The notes beneath the pieces were generated by a model. It saw only the letters and a program-made list of their open reading frames with translations. It made no database searches and was not told the DNA's origin. A DNA stretch of 32,000 nt from Thermoplasmata archaeon (GTDB taxonomy: Archaea; Thermoplasmatota; Thermoplasmata; RBG-16-68-12), in NCBI GenBank assembly GCA_036555455.1, contig DATBLI010000055.1:2580-34579 (forward strand), given 5' to 3'. Position numbers and translations under genes: made by a program. Positions 27,868 to 32,000 of this stretch are shown in pieces; the first letter of the stretch is position 1, and every line of letters starts with the position of its first letter.

Positions 27868-28650
27868 ATGTGCGACACGCCCATGACGGGACCTCCCCCC
27901 TCCCGGCGGGCACCTCCTCCATCTGCCTCTTGGCCCCGGGAACTCCATCGAGCCGCCCTCTTCCTCGGCATCGGCGGGGTCCTCTACTGGCTCTCCTTCG
28001 CGACCGAGGGCACGGTCTTCTGGATTCCGAATGTCGGCGTGTTCTTCCCGGACCTCTTCCTCGCGTGGCTCGCCGTCCTGACGAGCTGCGCTGCATGGCC
28101 GAGCCTGTGGGCCGGCCTCAAGGCCCTCAAGCGCCAGAGGCCCGAGGACGGGAACCCCGTCATCGCGTGGCGTGCATTCCTCCTGACCCTCCTCCTCATC
28201 CTTGCGGCTGTCGTGATCCTGCCCCTCCGCTACAGCATGCCCGGGGACACGCTCGCGTGGCTGCTCGTCCTCTACGTGAGCGCGTGGCCCTTCCTCGCCT
28301 GGACTTTCGTCCCGATCCTCGCCCTCCATGGGATCGTCTTCGGTCGCGTCGCGAACTACTTGGACGCGTGGGGCCGGCGTCTCGCGAAGACGGGCGCGGC
28401 CCTCATGTTCGCGGTGGCCGCGGTCACGACCATCGTCATCCTCCAGAATCCCGACCCGATGATCTTTGTGCGGTCCTGGAGCGCAGGACAGGGACTCCTG
28501 CCGGCGGCCTCCTGCCTCGGGTACGTGCTCATCGCGACGGCGATGACGATCGGAGAGCCGGCCCCGGAGCCCATGCCGACTCGGGGATGGGCCCTCGCCA
28601 GGACGCCTCGATACCGACTCAGCTCAGAGCACGCCGTATATCATCGATGA
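27868..28650 (+). CDS. Putative multi-pass membrane protein (260 aa)
   Basis: Hydrophobic segments AALFLGIGGVLYWLSFA, AFLLTLLLILAAVVILPL, TLAWLLVLYVSAWPFLAWTFVPILAL and TGAALMFAVAAVTTIVIL. Confidence 0.65.
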   Translation: MCDTPMTGPPPSRRAPPPSASWPRELHRAALFLGIGGVLYWLSFATEGTVFWIPNVGVFFPDLFLAWLAVLTSCAAWPSLWAGLKALKRQRPEDGNPVIAWRAFLLTLLLILAAVVILPLRYSMPGDTLAWLLVLYVSAWPFLAWTFVPILALHGIVFGRVANYLDAWGRRLAKTGAALMFAVAAVTTIVILQNPDPMIFVRSWSAGQGLLPAASCLGYVLIATAMTIGEPAPEPMPTRGWALARTPRYRLSSEHAVYHR

Positions 28651-29743
28651 GGTCCTCGGCGTCCTCGATGCCCACGGAGAACCGGACGAGGCCTTCCGTA
28701 ATCCCCTGCTTCTTCTGCTGTTCGACGGGCACGCTCTTGTGGGTCATCGTCGCGGGCACCTCGATGAGGGACTCGACCCCGCCGAGGCTCTCCGCGAGGA
28801 TGATCACCTCAAGCCGCTTGAGGCGGTCCATGAGGCCCTTCGGATCTTGGACTTCGAAGCTGAGCATGCCGCCGAAGCGCCGCATCTGTTTCTTCGCTAC
28901 GGCGTGGCCGGGGTCGTCGGGTAGGCCGGGGTAGTGGACCTTCGCAACCGCGGAATGGGCCTTGAGGAACGCTGCGAGCCGCTCCGCGTTGTCGCAGTGC
29001 TTCTCCATCCGGACGGAGAGGGTCTTGATCCCGCGGAGGATGAGCCATGCGTCAAAGGGGCTCGGCACCGCGCCGAGGGCGTTCTGGGCGAACCTCAACC
29101 TGTCGAAGAGGTCCTCACGGTTCATCACGAGGGCACCGCCGAGGACGTCCGCGTGGCCGCCAAGGTATTTCGTCATCGAGTGCACGACAAGGTCGACGCC
29201 GAGCTTCAGGGGGTTCTGCAGGGCGGGCGACGCGAACGTGTTGTCGCAGACGCTCAGGGCGTCGTGGGCCTTCGTGATTACCGCGAGCTCGCGGAGGTCC
29301 GCGACCTTCATCAGCGGGTTCGTGGGCGACTCCATCCAGAGCATCCGCGTTTCAGGGCGGAAAGAGTCCTCCACGTCGACGAGGTCCCGGAGGTCCATGA
29401 AGGTCGATTCGATGCCGTACGCGGACATGAAGCGCGTGAAGATGCGGTAGACGCCGCCGTAGCAATCGTCCGTGACGATCACGTGGTCTCCCTTCTTCAG
29501 AAGGGTCAGGGCCGTGGTGATCGCACCCATCCCGCTGGAGAAGGCAAGGGCGTGTTTCGCGTCTTCCAGAGCCGCCAGGTTCTCTTGGAGCCTCGCTCGG
29601 GTCGGATTCTGGCCGCGGGCGTACGTGAGTTCGGACTGTTCCCGCTGGGAGTAGGTGGAAGTCATGTAGATGGGCGGGGTGACCGCGCCCGTGGTTGGCT
29701 CGGGCTCCTGACCGGCGTGGATCGTCTTCGTGGCAAAGCGCAT
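28619..29743 (-). CDS. Cystathionine gamma-synthase/gamma-lyase family PLP enzyme
   Basis: MRFATKTIHAGQEPEPTTGAVTPPIYMTSTYSQ, LAFSSGMGAITTAL, LSVCDNTFASPALQNPLKLGVDLVVHSMTKYLGGHADVLGG. ATG at 29743. Confidence 0.94.
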   Translation of the reverse strand: MRFATKTIHAGQEPEPTTGAVTPPIYMTSTYSQREQSELTYARGQNPTRARLQENLAALEDAKHALAFSSGMGAITTALTLLKKGDHVIVTDDCYGGVYRIFTRFMSAYGIESTFMDLRDLVDVEDSFRPETRMLWMESPTNPLMKVADLRELAVITKAHDALSVCDNTFASPALQNPLKLGVDLVVHSMTKYLGGHADVLGGALVMNREDLFDRLRFAQNALGAVPSPFDAWLILRGIKTLSVRMEKHCDNAERLAAFLKAHSAVAKVHYPGLPDDPGHAVAKKQMRRFGGMLSFEVQDPKGLMDRLKRLEVIILAESLGGVESLIEVPATMTHKSVPVEQQKKQGITEGLVRFSVGIEDAEDLIDDIRRALS

Positions 29744-29795
29744 CGAATCGCCAGGGTGGGACGTGCAACCCGGTCGTAAAAGGTTTCCGAAGGGA

Positions 29796-31166
29796 TCAGA
29801 TGCGTCCGGCGAGATAGTCGATGACGTCAATCCGGGTAATGATGCCCTCAAGGCGCGTCTCTGTCCCGACGACCACGGCGGGCGTCTCCCGGAGAAGGAG
29901 CTTGTAGATTCGATCCAGGTCGGCCCCGGGCTCGACCAAGGGGAACGGTCTCTCCATGACCTTACCCACATGGTCGTCGTAGAGCTTCGGGTCCTCGAGG
30001 AGGGCCTTCATGAGGACCTCCTCGCGGAGGCTGCCCACCATGATCCCCACATCCATCACGGGAAGCTGGGAGACGTCGTATTGGCGCATGAGGTCCACGG
30101 CCTCGCGCACCTTGGCGGCGATGTCGACCGTGATTACTCCGGGGAATCGCTTCTCCTTCGCCCGCAGGATGGAAACGATCGGCGCCAGGGGCTCCTCGAG
30201 GTAGCCCTGCTCCTTCAGCCACTCTTCGTTGTGGGCCTTGGACAGATACCGCAGGCCCGTGTCCGGCAAGAGGACGACCAGGACATCGCCCTTCCCGAGG
30301 CCTTGAGCGACTCGGAGTGCGCCGACAAGAGCGGCACCGCTGGAGCTGCCCGCGAGGATTCCTTCCTCCCGCGCGAGGCGGCGCGTCATCAGGTACGCCT
30401 CCTTGTCGCTTACCTTCTCGATCGCGTCGACGTATTCGAACCACGTCGTCGTGGGGACGAAGTCTTCCCCGATGCCCTCGATCTTGTATGGATGGCCTTG
30501 CACTCGCTCCTTCTTGTAAAAGGAGTCCTTCAAGATCGACCCCAGGGGGTCCACGCCGATGATCTTGACGTGCGGGTTCTTCTCCTTGAGGAACTTGCCC
30601 ACCCCGCTGATCGTCCCGCCTGTGCCCATGCCGCAGACGAAGTGGGTGACCTTGCCGTCCGTGTCCCGCCAGATTTCCGGGCCTGTGGTCTCGTAATGCG
30701 CTCGCGGGTTCGCCTGATTCGCGTACTGGTTCGGGAGGACCGAATTCGGTGTCTCCCGATGGATCTTTTCCGCGACCTTGTAGTAGGATTCCGGGTGCTC
30801 CGGCGGCACCGCCGTGGGCGTGACCACGACGCGGGCGCCGAAGGCCTTGAGCATGTCGAGCTTCTCGCGGCTCATCTTATCGGGGATCGTAAAGACGAGC
30901 CGGTAGCCCTTGATCGCCCCGACCATCGCGAGCCCCATTCCCGTGTTTCCGCTCGTGGGTTCGATGATCGTGCCCCCGGGCCTGAGGAGCCCCTTCTTCT
31001 CTGCGTCCTCGATCATCATCTGCCCGATGCGGTCTTTGACCGAGCCACCCGGATTGAACATCTCGAGCTTCGCGAGGAAGAGCGGATTCACGTCCGCCGC
31101 GACCTTTGGGAGCTTCACGAGCGGCGTGTTGCCGATCGTCTCAAGGATGTTGTTGAAGTAGCGCAC
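29796..31166 (-). CDS. Cystathionine beta-synthase with C-terminal CBS-domain pair
   Basis: ILETIGNTPLVKLP, MFNPGGSVKDRIGQMMIEDAEKKG, EPTSGNTGMGLAMVGAIKGY and GMGTGGTISGVGKFLKE. C-terminal AAKVREAVDLMRQYDVSQLPVMD and GIITRIDVIDYL. Confidence 0.93.
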   Translation of the reverse strand: MRYFNNILETIGNTPLVKLPKVAADVNPLFLAKLEMFNPGGSVKDRIGQMMIEDAEKKGLLRPGGTIIEPTSGNTGMGLAMVGAIKGYRLVFTIPDKMSREKLDMLKAFGARVVVTPTAVPPEHPESYYKVAEKIHRETPNSVLPNQYANQANPRAHYETTGPEIWRDTDGKVTHFVCGMGTGGTISGVGKFLKEKNPHVKIIGVDPLGSILKDSFYKKERVQGHPYKIEGIGEDFVPTTTWFEYVDAIEKVSDKEAYLMTRRLAREEGILAGSSSGAALVGALRVAQGLGKGDVLVVLLPDTGLRYLSKAHNEEWLKEQGYLEEPLAPIVSILRAKEKRFPGVITVDIAAKVREAVDLMRQYDVSQLPVMDVGIMVGSLREEVLMKALLEDPKLYDDHVGKVMERPFPLVEPGADLDRIYKLLLRETPAVVVGTETRLEGIITRIDVIDYLAGRI

Positions 31167-31223
31167 CCCGCGCCTCCCCTTCAGTCACGAACTGAGGCTC
31201 GCTATAAGAACGTGCCGCGCCCC

Positions 31224-31243
31224 CTGGTTCCCAGGGAAACCAG
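31224..31243. other. 6-bp hairpin 3 nt past the 3' end of tRNA-Cys
   Basis: CTGGTT-CCCAGGGA-AACCAG read directly. Confidence 0.45.
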
Positions 31244-31245
31244 AG

Positions 31246-31318
31246 TGCCGGGGGAGGGAGTCGAACCCTCTGGAAACCGATCTGCAGTCGGTCACATTAG
31301 CCGCTCTGTCACCCCGGC
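31246..31318 (-). tRNA. tRNA-Cys (anticodon GCA)
   Basis: Minus strand GCCGGGG-TG-ACAGAGCGGCTAATGT-G-ACCGA-CTGCAGA-TCGGT-TTCCA-GAGGG-TTCGACT-CCCTC-CCCCGGC-A. Full 7-bp acceptor, 3-bp D stem, 5-bp anticodon and T stems; CCA not encoded. Confidence 0.96.
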
Positions 31319-31390
31319 GGCCCTCGACCCATCCGACCCTTGGTAATTGAACCTTTTCGCGGGAGCTTCGCCGCGTACGTGCACGGGGAA

Positions 31391-31400
31391 CGTATTTATC
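31391..31400 (+). promoter_or_regulatory. TATA box for the HD-domain gene (apparently leaderless)
   Basis: cgTATTTATc 24-33 nt upstream of ATG 31424. Confidence 0.55.
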
Positions 31401-31423
31401 CCGACGAGGGACTTGCGCGCGGG

Positions 31424-32000
31424 ATGCTCGGCTCGAAGGTGATAACGGACACGGTGCATGGCACCGTCCGCCTCGAACCTCTCATTCAAGACCTCTTGGA
31501 GACGCTTGAGATCCAGCGGCTCAACTCGATTCGCCAGCTCGGCCTCACGTACCTCGTCTTCCCGGGTGCGAACCACTCCCGCGTGGAGCACTGCCTCGGC
31601 GTGAGCCACGTGGCCGGCGAGATGGCGAAGGCCTTGGGCCTCCCTGAGGACGAGCGCAAGCTCGTCCAGGCGGCGGGGCTCCTCCATGATGTCGGCCACG
31701 GACCATACTCCCACACCCTCGAGCACGTCCTGAGCCGCGAGCTCGCCGTGGATCACATGCACCTCACCCAACGCATCATCACGGGAGAGGACGACAACGT
31801 CTCTCCGGAGGATCGCCGAGCCTTCCCCGACGTGCCGAGGATTCACGAGGTCCTCCACAGGCATGGAGTCGGCCCGCGGACCGTCGCGGCCCTGATCCGC
31901 GGGCCCGCGGAGGAAGGCACGAGCTTCCTCTTGCCCGGGCGGAAACAGGAACGGCGGTACCTCGCGCAGATTATCCACAGCCCGATGGATGCGGACCAGA
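31424..32000 (+). CDS. HD-domain phosphohydrolase (dNTP-hydrolase-like), truncated by window end
   Basis: MLGSKVITDTVHGTVRLEPLIQDLLETLEIQRLNSIRQLGLTYLVFPGANHSRVEHCLGVSHVAGEMAKALG...LVQAAGLLHDVGHGPYSHTLEH. Confidence 0.92.
   Translation, partial: MLGSKVITDTVHGTVRLEPLIQDLLETLEIQRLNSIRQLGLTYLVFPGANHSRVEHCLGVSHVAGEMAKALGLPEDERKLVQAAGLLHDVGHGPYSHTLEHVLSRELAVDHMHLTQRIITGEDDNVSPEDRRAFPDVPRIHEVLHRHGVGPRTVAALIRGPAEEGTSFLLPGRKQERRYLAQIIHSPMDADQ

Noticed and set aside
27056-28096. N-terminal extension of the cysS ORF to 816 aa
   Set aside because: The homologous protein begins at MPIRVYNTL (27055). The extension is Arg/Ala/Pro-rich antisense translation of the two membrane-protein genes.
29730-31346. 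538-aa plus-strand ORF
   Set aside because: Entirely antisense to the well-supported cystathionine beta-synthase gene and the tRNA; composition is typical of a high-GC shadow ORF.

Overview
Gene-dense (~95% coding), high-GC archaeal chromosomal segment, mostly housekeeping. The archaeal assignment rests on aIF1A, Rio1, a Krr1/Pno1-type KH protein, Nob1, a HerA-like ATPase, DUF357, pantoate kinase, and TATA boxes about 25 nt upstream of apparently leaderless genes. A Euryarchaeota/Thermoplasmatota-like origin is inference only. From left to right: glyA 3' end; ThiF/MoeB-type E1, THUMP-less ThiI-like PP-loop protein and a 94-aa protein; nob1; a C-terminally membrane-anchored unknown; uppS; a TPD-motif (CDIN1/C15orf41-like) protein; aIF1A, rio1 and a KH protein; ppdK, PrsW-like and FAH-family genes; a zinc-ribbon microprotein; tmk; HerA-like and DUF357 genes; pantoate kinase and coaBC; folC, nth and an enolase-superfamily epimerase; bacterial-type gyrB/gyrA; cysS; two membrane proteins; cystathionine gamma-synthase/lyase; cystathionine beta-synthase; tRNA-Cys(GCA); and an HD phosphohydrolase cut by the window edge. 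I found no CRISPR array, transposon, prophage or obvious defence island. The points most worth a second look are: (1) a tRNA-Cys whose discriminator base reads A73 rather than the near-universal U73, in the same window as a CysRS with altered KMSKS-like (EMHKS) and Zn-ligand-region (HIED instead of HIEC) motifs; (2) the C-terminal ~60 aa of the E1-like protein resembling the stand-alone 94-aa protein two genes downstream; (3) a 7-bp inverted repeat straddling the ppdK start codon; (4) the TPD-motif protein next to ribosome-maturation genes.
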